Source: Podarcis melisellensis (Eukaryota). From it: a DNA stretch of 64,000 bases. Positions 38,301-50,809 of this stretch are shown here, piece after piece. Each line of letters begins with the position of its first letter. Positions within the stretch are counted from its first letter, which is position 1. Under the pieces are notes generated by a model. That model ran no database searches and was not told the DNA's origin. It saw only the letters and a program-made list of their open reading frames with translations. The stretch lies in NCBI GenBank assembly GCA_964234715.1, contig OZ174277.1; one strand, given 5' to 3'. The translations under genes and the position numbers were made by a program.

Positions 38301-41300
38301 TACTGACTCTTATATGACAGTCAGAGCAAGAAAGAGACACCAAACATGAACTTTTGATGGGCACTCCAAAAGTGGCTGGGGAAACCCAGCCAGATGGGTG
38401 TAGTATAAATAAATTGTTATTGTTGTTGTTATATAATTGTTTTTATTGAAAGCTGTGCACTCCCCTTCTCCAGCACTGGAGTGTGCCTCTATCCTGATTA
38501 AAAACAAAGAACCAGCATACATGAATAGGATTATTCACAGCAGAAAGACTATTCCCACTCTCCTCCATCCCATCAGGACAGCAGACTCCAGTGGTTCTGG
38601 ATTGAGGCTGGTATAAGCAAAAAATAAATACTAGGTAAACTAGTTTTCTTAGTTATCCAAAGTAAACTCTCCAGACTGTACCACATAGTTATGGCACAAT
38701 TGTTTAGTTGGGCAAGAGACTCCGAGCATATTGTAAGAGAATTCGGCAATTGGCAATTTCCTCTTTGGCATCTCATGCTAATCCACAACCTTTGATATGA
38801 ATGGGATGTTAGTAGTACAGCAACTGGCTACAGAAGACCCTGGGTATAATATATGAGGGCTGCAATCCTAATAAGTTTAACTGAAGTTGTCAGATCCTAT
38901 TTAGGACTGGGATAATAAAGTATATATAAGGAATACAAAACCTGTCAAATTCAATAGGAATGCTTTGGGGAAAGTGATTAGAGGCTTGCAGCAGCTTTAG
39001 CAGATTTTTCTTGTGTCCTAAAATAAAAAACAGAGGGGAGTGTAAATGGTTGCAGTTCAGATATTAAGGAAGTGAGAAGTGATGTGTGACATAGATCAGA
39101 GTTAGGATTAAGGTAGTTCACACCCAGCAACAAGGACTTGCAGAAGGGAATATGCGCCTTGCATTTTCGCAAATAATCTGTAACTGGAAGAACTAATACC
39201 AAAGAGAAGAGCAAGGAGGGAGTTCAAGGGCAGGGATTCTTAAATGGTCTGCTACCACTTAATAAAAAGACTTGAAACATTTGCTGCAGTAACAAAGCAG
39301 GCCCATCAGTAGCCTCCTTGAAGCTGCAGAGTATACAGTGAAATGGGTGCCTGCTCAAGTCTTTGAAGCACCAGATCAATATCTGTGAACATGAACCTGC
39401 TGCTATGATGTAAAAGTGGGAATGAATAGCTTAAGTTTTTAACAGCAAAATGGGCATTAGGTGTACAGAGTGCATAAATTGCCGCCCCACTTGTAGAATG
39501 TATTAATCCTCTCCTACCTTCCTTAACATTCCCACACCACCACACACCTATAGCTTCCAGAGAAAGATTGCAAGGAGAGAAGCAGGAGGGACAGTCTATT
39601 TCTTCACCATGTGTCCCTTTTGCCCTTAAAATTTCCTCCTCATGTGGCTGGAGCAGTTCCATGTTGCTATCATGTCCAGTTTGGCCTTTAGAAATGACTA
39701 AACGAATGCAATAATGCCCAGTCCTTTGACTGTGTGAAAGCACACTGGTGTCACTTGGTGCTGGTGCATTTATGGTATAAAATGAAATATATAACTTGGT
39801 GCAAAAGCAACAGGTTGCATGCACTTAATTACCATATACTGTGCACATTTATCATCAGCATATGATGTGAAAAAATGCAGCAGAATCTCCACGGGAAGGA
39901 TAATGGAAGGACACCAAGGGATAGAATAATGGATATTAATCAAATACCCAATAGCTAGCCTTACAGGTTTCAGCTGGCATTTTATTCAGATAACAATCTT
40001 AAAAGCCTCGGGATGTTTTATAGGAAGGAGTTCATAAATGATATAATGAAATAATGTTATGTTATTAAAGAACAACTTGATTATTGGCCCCTACAGGTAT
40101 AGACTGACCATTTTCCATTTCTGATTTCCATAAACACTTCTAGTCTTCTGCAGTAGAAAATAACAACATTTAAGGATCCGGAGTCCCACCAAAACATTTA
40201 GCCGCCCCTTCTGCCTTTGTGCCCATCACCTTCCATAAAACTGAATTCCTTTAAAGAAGGTGCCATCCTGTCAACACATCTGTCTTGAGACAGGCAGGAA
40301 GGGCGGAGGATGGCTGTTCATTAATTGCATCATATTAAGCTTTGAGGCAGACAAGTACTTGAGACAGCCAAAAGGTGAGGATTCCGAGGTCCTCCTGAGC
40401 CAGCAACCTCCGCCCCCAGAGCCCCTCCTCCCTCTCACAGGCTTTGCAAAACTAGGGGCACAAAGTCTTGAGAAAGAAGCACAAAAACAAAAAGCCAGAG
40501 AGGTTTGCTAAAATTCATTTTTTCAAGAAGAGAGTTTGCAAAAATAAAAAAATTGCCTGATCAAAGGGGAGGCAGGGGATGGAAGAGAAATGTTACTGAG
40601 CCCAGCAGCTGAAGCCACAAATCAGGAGTATAAACCAAGGTACCTAGATTTAAAACAGTTTAATTCGATTCACTTCAGTGAAATTAAATATCAGTATCTA
40701 ACACTGGGTAGATTCAGCAGTTTGTTGGGTTTAATTCATGCTGGTTTGTGGAGTGCACCCATGGAGCTCAGTCCTAGGCATCTTCATTCAGCAGTCAGCC
40801 CCACTATGTTCAGCCTTAGATCTCTGACTGAGCTTGTTTACTGCCTTGTTGTTGTTCTTCTTGTTGTTGTTGTTTTGTCGTCGTCATCAATTTCATTTAT
40901 GTATCACTTCCCATCAGGCACCCCAAAGCAATTTACAATGCAATAAAGACTTACAATAACAACTGCATATATCAAAACAGGTAAAACATTTGGATGTAAA
41001 AAAGTTTTTCAACTACACACACACCACCTATATAAAATCGATTTCCAATCCAATACAGAAAGCAGCTGGGCTAAAAGTCTCCACTCTGAAGACTTGTTGA
41101 AAGAGAAATGTCTTCAACATGCACCAAAAGGACAATAGAGGACAACCATGTTCCTTGTCATGGTTTATGGAAGAGGGAAGGTTACCTTGTCTAGACAAAG
41201 AAACTCAGAACCATAAAGTTACAGGGAAGAGAAACAAGCCACTATTTGATTTCAGATCATTGGTTCTGAACTTGCCTTGCAAGACACTTTAATAATGTAT

Positions 41301-42081
41301 GTTAGTCTTCAAGGTACCACAAGAATCATACTACAGCAGGCACTAAGTAAGGTGAGGGAACCAATTCATAGGACCAAAGTGGAAATGTGAGGATGTGGTC
41401 ATAGTTTATCTGGGTTGTATGGTGAAGTGGTTATGTGAATGTTTCATGAGGAATAAAATTCAGGCTGTGTTTACTACATAGTAAATGTGGCTTGGGCTGA
41501 GTCAAGTGTAAAAGAAAGCAAACATTATGATCGTATCACTCTCAAATGTTCAACCCAAATTATCACCATGGCAATATGGCTGTGGGAATCAGCTGTTATA
41601 TACGTAAACTCTGGTCACAAGTAGATTAGCTGTGAGCTGATGGAGGCAGTTCCTATTGCACACAAGTGGACCATCCAATTGTAAAAGCAAAGATTCCTAA
41701 AAGCTTACAGAACTTATGGCTGATCACAAGAGCCTGGGGGTGAGGGAGCGTCCAGGTCAAGGCTATGATGTGAAAGTACAGCTAATTCCACTGAAATTAA
41801 TAGGGCTGTTCCCCCTTGACAAGTGTTTAGAGTCTGAGGTGTCTACATAATAGCCTTTGTTATGTGCAACTTTTCAAAGTTAATGTCAGTGACATCCTCA
41901 TGCTCAGTACAATTCATCTGTGGATTCAAGCTTGTTTAGTCCCAGTGACTTCTGGCAACTTACTTAGACCAGTTTACATGACTATGCAGGAATATAGGTT
42001 TTCTGCTCTGAAGTAAGCCCCACTGAGTTCAAGGTATGTGTGTATAGAACTAGCATAGATGGGGCTTACTACAGCCTAACA

Positions 42082-42217
42082 CAGGCTTCCTCAACCTCGG
42101 CCCTCCAGATGTTTTTGGCCTACAACTTCCATGATCCCTAGCGAGCTGGACCAGTGGTCAGTGATGATGGGAACTGTAGTCTCAAAACATCTGGAGGGCC
42201 ATGGTTGGGGAAGTCTG
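42082..42217. mobile_element. hAT-type palindromic MITE; related copies near 1355-1490, 5515-5645, 38041-38155 and 63850-63968
   Basis: TIRs CAGGCTTCCTCAACC / GGTTGGGGAAGTCTG; internal GGCCCTCCAGATGTTTT / AAAACATCTGGAGGGCC inverted repeat. Confidence 0.75.
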
Positions 42218-42486
42218 GCTAACACAACAAAGAGTCTTGTGACACACTAGACATATTATGGCATTTGGATTTGTAGACTGCAGTCCACTCTAGTAGATGC
42301 ATTAAGCATTGTCCTCAGATGGCATGTCTCTATACTATATAGCACAGGTCTGTCATTGTGCTCTCTTCATTAGCTCCGTCCCTGCTTCAATCAAAGTTTT
42401 CCCACCACTCCCCCTCTCCCATCTTGAGGAACCTCTCCTTGTTCCATTCCTCAGCTGCCTCATGTGGGAGAGATAAAGGATGTGGA

Positions 42487-42612
42487 GCCCTCAAATATCA
42501 CATACCACTTTCACACAATTTATTTCACTTCTGGTACCATGTGTTGCCCTCAAATATCACATACTACTTTCACACAATTTATTTCACTTCTGGTACCATG
42601 TGTTGCCCTCAA
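42487..42612. repeat. 59-bp tandem duplication (2 copies plus 8 bp)
   Basis: Units start GCCCTCAA at 42487, 42546 and 42605; the two full copies differ at one base. Confidence 0.95.
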
Positions 42613-42956
42613 CACAAAGTTACAGATTCAACGTCGCAATTTAGAAGAGATTTTGTATATAACAAGCAAACACCAAACATCCATCAGCTGAATTTAACCT
42701 CTAACTCAACAAACTAACTGAAAGGCTTACTCTTAGGAGTCTATTCCTCTTAAAAGATACAGTAACATACATCATCATAGGGTGTGCGTGCAAAGCGGCT
42801 TCAGAATAGCAGAGACAAGGATGCATGGAAATGGGTGTGGTCTTTGTGCAAGGTTTTTGGTTGTTGTTTTTTTAGCAAACTGTAAGCAGGTTGGTTTTCA
42901 TCCCTGCAACCTCATTTCAGCGAGGTAATAAGCATATCCAGGCAGAAAATGTAGAT

Positions 42957-43201
42957 CAGGGGTCAGCAAACATTTTCAGCAGGGGGCTGGTCCACTGTCC
43001 CTCAGACCTTGTGGGGGGCCGGACTGTATTTTTTTTTGGGGGGGAGAACGAATTCCTATGCCTCACAAATAACCCAGAGATGCATTTTAAATAAAAGGAC
43101 ACATTCTACTCATGTAAAAACACCCTGATTCCCGGACTGTCTGCTGGCCAGATTTAGAAGGGTTAGGGTCTGGCCCAAGGGCCTTAGTTTGACTACCCAT
43201 G
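42957..43201. mobile_element. Non-autonomous hAT/Charlie element
   Basis: TIRs CAGGGGTCAGCAAAC / GTTTGACTACCCATG; perfect 8-bp TSD ATGTAGAT at 42949-56 and 43202-09. Confidence 0.85.
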
Positions 43202-44925
43202 ATGTAGATGGACCATTGGTAGAACTCTGTGGACTGACTGAGATGATTGGCAGTTTTTCTGTTGTGTGGTTTGTCTTAAGTTCTACAGCCACTTTCTTCC
43301 ACTTCTCTGTTATTGTGCTGTAGGTCTCCTCTCTACGTTCCTATGCTGTTCTATAACTCCCAGCAAGTCTCATACATATGCTTTTATTTCCATTACATCT
43401 AACTTTCACAGATTTCAGAGCTTGAACGACCATCTCCAGTACTGAAGAATATTTGCTTATGAGCACAAAATAGACAATAAAAGTTGATGTCCTTGAAGCA
43501 CACAACTGATACAAAAGTTCTTTTGTCTTGGTGTTGCTTGATCCTGCTAATACTGTAGTTTGAGTACTTGTGTACCTTTCTGACTTTTTAGTTCACCATG
43601 TTTCACATAGCTTTGGTATGTTGGGTACTAGATGTCTTTGGATGCTCTCATGGGGGAAAAGTTATGATGGCTTTCATAGTGTCCTGTATTTTATGCACAT
43701 CCTATTATTATTATTAATTAAATTTGTATACTGCCCTATACTAATAGTTCTCAGAGCAGTTCACGACATTACTTTCACTGTTTAGATCATTTACAGTCCC
43801 AGGGAATAGGCAGAGGACAAAGGATGCCTGAGGATATATTGCCCTGATGTATGCTTGAACCTCATCATTTTTGCTGCCATGGCTGTACAATCACCATATC
43901 CTTGTTCAACTAGCTTATTGACCTTTAGTCCAAAATTGGAACAAGCAGATAAGATTTCATTGGCTGGGCCTAACAGCAAGGAATTCTGCATGTACAGGTG
44001 CATTCCTTTCAATTTCTTCCACAAATCTTACACCTGGAGACAGCTGTTCTAGGCCAGAAATAGCTGCTGTTTCATCTGCTAAAACAGAGAATCGCATGGA
44101 AGCGTTAGCTTTCACAAATGCATCTTCAGTATGTGTCTGGGGCTCCCTAGCAGAAGCTTTTTGAAATAGTTGCAGATACCCTCAGCTATACAAATACAAG
44201 CAGCTCTGCTTCTCTACTTTCTCTAGCAACCTTATATAGAAAATCCTTGTGCCTTTCTTTTAACCTTCAACCCATCAAAGCAGTAGCATTAACTTTCTGT
44301 CTCCCAGTAAAAGGATGTTTGTTACCCATTTCCGGCATACCTTGTCAGCACTCTTGGTTTCTCTTCTGTTGGGTTACTCTTGGCTTCTATTCGGGGCCAC
44401 ATCCCTGGCTACCTGTCCCTCAAAAAGGAGAGCTGGGTCCAGCTCACCTGGTCACAAAAAGGCACCACAATGCCTTTGCTGATATTATCATGGCATTTTT
44501 AGGATTTCCAAAGCTTGTAAGATTTGCAGAAGCATCATTAGATTGGAACAAGCAGCATTCACCCAAACTGCTTGCTGGCCCAGGAAGGCTCTCCGCCAAA
44601 AAAAAAGTGCAGAGAGTTTGAATTTGGCAGCCACTCAGGTCTCACACTAAATCTCTTCCTGACCAGCCGGTGTGTGTGTGTGCATTAAAATAAATAAATA
44701 TAGTTAGGATTCTGAAGGGGGCAACATGCACACACCTCTGTGGCCACCCATGAAGTCTGCTCAACCCTGCACTAAACTCCTTCATGAAAAATTAGATTTA
44801 TTTTTTTTGAAAATGATTATATAGCTACTTTCAGAAGTCCCACTGGTTTCAGCATGACTTTGGAAAGGCAACAGACACTTTTTGCCTATTACCAGAATGG
44901 AGCCGTAAACACCCCTCTCCTTCCA

Positions 44926-45135
44926 CGAGAGCCAGTGCAATGTAATGGTCAGAGTGTTGGGACCACTCGGCAGACAAAGCACAATGGGTTCCCTTGGGCC
45001 AGTCACCATTTCACAGCCTGACCTACCTCACAGGGTTGTTGTGGGGATGAAATGGGGAGGAAGCGAACCCTGTACATCGCACCTTGAGCTCCTTTAGAGG
45101 GAAAGTTGGCGTAGAAATGTGATAGAATAAATTTA
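44926..45135 (+). mobile_element. Old Squam3/MIR-like SINE; related copies at about 19330-19525 (+) and 49528-49675 (-)
   Basis: GAGAGCCAGTG...CCTTGGGCCAGTCAC...CTACCTCACAGGGTTGTTGTG core motif, ending in AATAAAT. Confidence 0.7.
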
Positions 45136-45664
45136 ATTAAATTCGCAGGCATATAGACAAGTCAGGTACTGTAAATCCTTGCACTGGACAAACACCCGTT
45201 GACATCAGGGAGAACTTGCTTTCACCTGATCAAGGGTTTTTGCGCATCCTAAAGAGCCGACACCCTCGCCAAGCACCTTTCGGACTGGCTGCATCTGATT
45301 CTTCGGAGGGAAAGAGCCTGGTCAGCGGGGAAGGAGGAGGTACCGGAGGAAGAGCGGCACCAAGCCGGGCTGGAGAGCGCGAGAGAGCAGACCGCGTCCC
45401 TCGCCTAGCGTAACGAAAGGAGAGCCGCGATCTAAATCGGGAGACTTTACAGCCGTGGGGCTAGAGGAAGTTTTTGGCTATAAACGGTCATGCACGGCAG
45501 CTCCTGCTGAAAAGGCTGCGAAGGTGGGGAGCTGCCTTTCTTCCCTGAGAACCAAAGTGCCATTAAGATCACTCAGGGGAAAAGATGGGGAGGAGAAGGG
45601 CCAGGGGCGCCTCATCACAAAAGCTGGGGCGGGGCTGAGAGGCGGGGGCTTCTTCAGGAACAGA

Positions 45665-45808
45665 CTGGTCAGCTAAGCTGATTAGAGCGCGCTGCTGACA
45701 ATGCCAAGGTCGTGGGTTCGATCCCCGTCCGAGGCAGCTGAATATTCCTGCATTGCAGGGGGTTAGACTAGATGACCCTCGGATCCCTGCCCTGATTCTG
45801 TCATTCTT
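45665..45808 (+). mobile_element. tRNA-derived SINE with CR1-like tail; related copies at about 48376-48508 (-) and 56290-56360
   Basis: B box GGTTCGATCCCC followed by CCTGCATTGCAGGGGGTTAGACTAGATGACC...ATTCT. Confidence 0.7.
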
Positions 45809-47645
45809 TAATGTCTCGCTCCTGTGACCAAGTAGCTGCAAAGGTGCAGCAGGGGTGCCAACTAGAATAAAATATGGGGGCGAGCAGGTAAGCTCCCCTT
45901 GATCGACCACAGGACACGGTGCAAGCACACCCTTTGGCAATGCCCATCAACTTTGGGGGGCCTAGACCTCTCAAATATTTTAGGGGTGCGAAGTGACCTC
46001 GGCCCCTAAGAGTTGGCTCCTATGGCCCCACGTAAAGCCACGAACGTGGCAATCCTATATGTTACTGGCCTGAGAGGAGGAAGCCCCCTTGAACTTAGCG
46101 GGGCTTACTCCTGAATAGACGTGTGGGAGCCCGCGTCCTAGAAGTAGGCTCCATTGAACCCAACGGGCTTCCTCCTGTACAGTATAGGCAGGCGCAGGAT
46201 TGCGCAGTAGCAGCTGAACCTCAACAAGTTTCGCTCGCGCGCAAACACCGTGCGCACCGTCTACAGAACGGGGCTAAGGGCTCTTTGGGGAAAAGCTATT
46301 GACGGCTCCGCTTAACAAAACAAATATTCCGCAAGGGATCTTTACTAGTGGCAAAGTAAAACGTCACCGCCTCGCTTTGCGATGGGCATTAAACAGGAGC
46401 GGGGAGGGCGGGGGAGGGGAGAAGATGGAGGAGGATTTGAAAGCCCAATGAGGTCTGAGTCCGGCCACCGCCACGCGATCCTTCAGAATTCAAAAGCCCC
46501 GGAGCGCATTTCTCTCTGCTCAAAAAGTGCGACGTAAGCTGCTCCACGGAAGAAAACTGAACCGGTGTTTAAGCATTTCCCTCTGAACGCCAACAGATTT
46601 ACAAATGAGTAGTGTTGTCCGGATCGTGCCCAAACAGATCTCCACTTTGAACGAGCCATGCAATATATTTTTTAACATTTCAAAGCTATTTATTTATTTA
46701 AATTAGTATACCGCCCTAGACCTAAGTGCGGTTTACAGCATAAACTCAATACAAATTAGATTGCTCACACGTTAGACTGAATGCTTGACTTGCGCCTTCC
46801 TCATCAGAAAGTCTAGAAGTTCGAAATGACGTTGTATTCAAGTTAATAACTTTCTCAGCGTACTGTATTTCTTTCTCACTTATTTTGCTGTAACTTGTGG
46901 AACTACATCCCGTGTCTAGAAGTGTGCTTGTGTGTTCCGTATCACAGTTATGTATGGGATGCGTGTGTGTTATAAGCGACTCGGTTGTTTTTTCCTTCCT
47001 TCTGTTTCATCTGTATTGCTGGTTCGATACAAATATCTCTCATAGGTTAAGAGTTATTAATACCACATTTTTATATAGATTGTGAATAAATTCAGCTCAG
47101 TGTCCCCAAATTGATTTTTTTCCCCAGCAAGAGGATAGCATTTACACGTGCTTACCGGCCAGTCCGTTTTCTCGTCGCTAGGTTGAGATGCTAAGCAAAC
47201 TTGTTTGGAAACAAACGTAATTGCAGTAAGTGGACGTTTACTGTACGCTGTTGCGTGTTGGGTCAAGATGGACGCGTGTTTGTAGGAAGAGGCAACCATT
47301 TGAAAAAGCATAAGACAGCCCTTAGCCCACTTGCAAGCGAGTAAGTCCTACTCAGCTCAGTGGGACTTAATTCTGAGTTAACCTGTATTTTGAATAAACC
47401 TCAATAAGCAATAGCCTGTTAATGCGCTCTCTCTCTGAGTGTATAGTATGTGTGTACATCTATATATGTATACGTGAAATGTTTATTTCTTATATTATTC
47501 TATTTTATCTTTAAGCCACTTTGAGTTCCTGTCTGGAAAAAAGGTGGGGTGATGATAATGATAATTTTAATATACCTATATATACAGATTAATGCCTTCC
47601 CCTCCTCTCTATAAAGTGAGTGTATTAATTTATTATACTAATATA

Positions 47646-47680
<35 letters not shown>

Positions 47681-48581
47681 CTATCCTACTCAAGGAATGA
47701 GTTTTTTAAAAAGGAGGATTTCCTTCAGCCCCTAGAACCAGCAACCCTCCGCCTGTCTCCGCAGAACTATGAGTCCCACTGAGTTCGGACTGTTTCCCAG
47801 TAAGCCTGGGCATGATGGGTCTGTGCTTTCCACCGACATCAAGTGGGGCTCTCTAGTCCAAGTAATGGTGTCAGGAGCGCCTGGGGTTGCGCTTGTGATC
47901 CAAGTCCGATGTACTGAGAATTAAGCATCCATCGAATCACGGTCTTAACGGCAAGAACCGAGCCTAAACTGCTCTGTAGATCGTTTGGCTAACTAAGCTG
48001 GACTATGCAGCTCCGCTTCCACTGAAATTGCTTTACTGAACCTGAGAAAATGGCCGGAATGGGATTGATTCACCCGAGTTGTTTCAGGATCTCCACGTTC
48101 CTAGAAGTTGCGTGACTTTTCCCCTGAGTTTTTCGAGGAGAAAAGGACAAGGGGGCTTTATGGGACGCTGGCGCGCCACAAGCCGGTCCTCTCGCCTCTC
48201 CGCCAGGACTCTCGACCCTCCTCTGCCCGCAGGAGCAGCAGAAGCCGAAGGGGCTGCGGCTGCTGGTCCACCCGGAACACGGCGGCAGCCGGCTCGGAAG
48301 GCTGAGCCACCTTCGAGACTCAGCCGAACTGAACGCTCCTTGCGCAGCTCTTGGTTTCGAGGGGAGATAAAAGTCACAGAATCATACAAGTTGGAAGGGA
48401 CCCCGAGGATCATCTAGTCTAACCCCCTGCAATGCAGCAATATACTGTATTGCTAAATGGGGATTTGAAGCTCAGTCTCCTAGCCGGTGCTCTCACCACC
48501 ACACCGGGAAAAGGGCTGGTCAGGGAAAATCTGCCCACGGGGAACTGGTTTATCTTATCACATTTCCATATGCGATCCAAT

Positions 48582-48715
48582 NNNNNNNNNNNNNNNNNNN
48601 NNNNNNNNNNNNNNNNNNNNNNNNNNNNNNNNNNNNNNNNNNNNNNNNNNNNNNNNNNNNNNNNNNNNNNNNNNNNNNNNNNNNNNNNNNNNNNNNNNNN
48701 NNNNNNNNNNNNNNN
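48582..48715. other. Assembly gap (N run)
   Basis: 134 Ns. Confidence 1.
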
Positions 48716-48889
48716 CCACCCTACCCTGTTGGGTAGTATTCTTTTCTTCCTTCGCCCAAATGAGTTAAACTGAATGGAAGGGCCAGAGACTTAATGGGAA
48801 GATTGGAAGCTCTTCGGGGCAAGGCAGGGATCTGTCTGCCTATCTGCTCAGGACCAGGAGCGTTCCTGGGGTAACGCGAACACCGATCA

Positions 48890-48956
48890 TCTAATGCAAT
48901 CTACATATGCCCAAAGCTTCCAATTGAAGCTTTGGGCATATGTAGATCGCATTAGA
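48890..48956. repeat. Near-perfect inverted repeat, 31-bp arms, 5-nt spacer
   Basis: TCTAATGCAATCTACATATGCCCAAAGCTTC-caatt-GAAGCTTTGGGCATATGTAGATCGCATTAGA; 1 mismatch. Confidence 0.95.
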
Positions 48957-50060
48957 ATAACCCTAACCGGTGAATGATGGACGGTGGTGTCTAAGAAATG
49001 CGGTGGCGCTGCCCCTGGCAGAGTTGCGATCTGCTGTCCACCCTGCCTAAAAGGAACCCCGCGCCCTTATGTGCTACGTCTTCCGACCAAGACGACCCCT
49101 TTCCGACGGGCTCTTGCTGCCCTTTGCCGTCGGGGTTTTTTCGGCCGTCTGCGCGCACAAAGAGGAACTGCGGCGCGGGCGAGCACCTCGACGGCTCCTT
49201 GGCGGTCGGGGCTTCCCAGGAAGGGAGACGTTTTATGGCTCTGCTGTGGGAATCTCTGCGGGGAAGGTGGGGCGGGAGCGGGAGGGCACAATGGGCAGGA
49301 AATGGGTCGGGGAGCCTCATGGAAAACAAGGAGCCTCTCGCAAAACGGGAGTCGCGCACCGACCTAAAGTAGGGAACCCTGCTCCGCCAAAGCGCTGCGC
49401 TGGGGACCACGGGCCAGATCTTTCTATGGCACTTCCTCAGGCGCAGGCGTAGTTGGGGGGGGGGGAGTTAATTCATATTTTTCTCCAAGGGGCTGTACCT
49501 GGTGCTGCTCCTGGTCAATGAATCCTTTAATCCCCACAACAACCCTGTGGGGTAGGTTCGGCTGAGAGGCAGTGACTGGTCCAAAGTCACCCAGGGAGCA
49601 TCATGACATGGAGGGGACTCGAACCCCGGTCTCCCAGGTCCCAATGCGACATTCTAACCACGATGCCATGCTGGCCCTTTCATCTCAACAATTAAATTTG
49701 TATACCGCCTTTTATCCATAAAACATAAAATTAATTCTCTCTCTCTTTTTCGGGTTGCAGCCAGGTCTGTTTACTCCAATGTTAGTCCCAAGACACAATT
49801 CTGCCCCCGGGGATGCAGCAGACCCAGTCCCACCTCCTGCGTTTTACCACCACCATTAATTTGAGGATACGGCCAGGTCCCTGTCTCTCTTCTCTCCAGC
49901 GGTGTCTGAGCTTTCAAAGAACCATCGCCCGCGGAAGTCACCATAATTAGCCGCAGATACTTTGTTTCTGAGTTAAAATAGAACATATAATTCGACCTAT
50001 CATTGGTAGGAAAGGGTGGGAAATTGTCCACTTCTTCTCTTCCTTGAGTTTACATGGCAG

Positions 50061-50369
50061 CAGGGGTAACAACTTGATTAAAATATGGGGGGGGGAGGTA
50101 AGCCCCCCCATATAATCAATCACAAGATGCGGCCGCACACAAACAATTTGAATGGCAATCCCCACCAACTGGGGGGGGGGCTCAATTTTTGGTGGGGGGA
50201 GGACGAAGCATGGGCGTAGCCAGGATTTATGTTAAGTGGGGCAGGCTTCATGTTAGGGGGGCAGAACCTTTTTATTGATTTACTTGATTTAGGGGGGCAG
50301 CTGCCCCCGCCCCCCTTGGCTACGCCCATGGGGCAAAGGGACCTCGGTCCCTAGGAGTTGACTCCTATG
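50061..50369. mobile_element. hAT MITE with a nested second hAT MITE (50209..50330); sister copy of the outer element at 45850..46024
   Basis: Outer TIRs CAGGGGTAACAACT / AGTTGACTCCTATG. Inner TIRs CATGGGCGTAGCCA / TGGCTACGCCCATG with a degenerate 8-bp TSD (GGACGAAG / GGGCAAAG). Confidence 0.75.
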
Positions 50370-50809
50370 CACGTCAGGCAACTGACTGGGCATCTACTTC
50401 ACACACACACACACACACACACTCCATGGGGCATCAGCAGACTGGAACCCAATGCTCACACCAGCCAGTCATGCGACTCCTAAGAGATAGTGGCAGCAAA
50501 CACGTTCAGCTTGCAGCCCAATCCTCTTCGTATATACGAGCGAGGAAAGGAAACCCAAGAGCAAAACCTGTGAGGCAGGTCGCTGGTCGAGGGTGGCATA
50601 AAGAGACAGAAGAACACCCACCTACTACTGAGGAAAGGCCTGAGTTGTAGACTAGCTAAGGTTGCTTGTCATATATCTGAGAGTGAGCTCCGTTAGAAAA
50701 ATGGGACATATTTCGAGTGAACATGCATAGGATTGTCATGGAAATAGGAAAACTCTGCCGACCATAGAGGACGGCATTTGTTATTTCCACTCCCGCCCAG
50801 CTCCATTTA

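Noticed and set aside
45690-45735. tRNA gene
   Set aside because: A B box is present, but it continues into a CR1-like tail with no cloverleaf, so it is a SINE head.
46401-46419. G-quadruplex motif (another at 57647-57667)
   Set aside because: Common in GC-rich vertebrate DNA; nothing here indicates function.
48079-49452. Several overlapping 110-140 aa ORFs on both strands
   Set aside because: Low-complexity Ala/Arg/Gly/Pro frames expected in a CpG island; no recognisable protein or splice chain.
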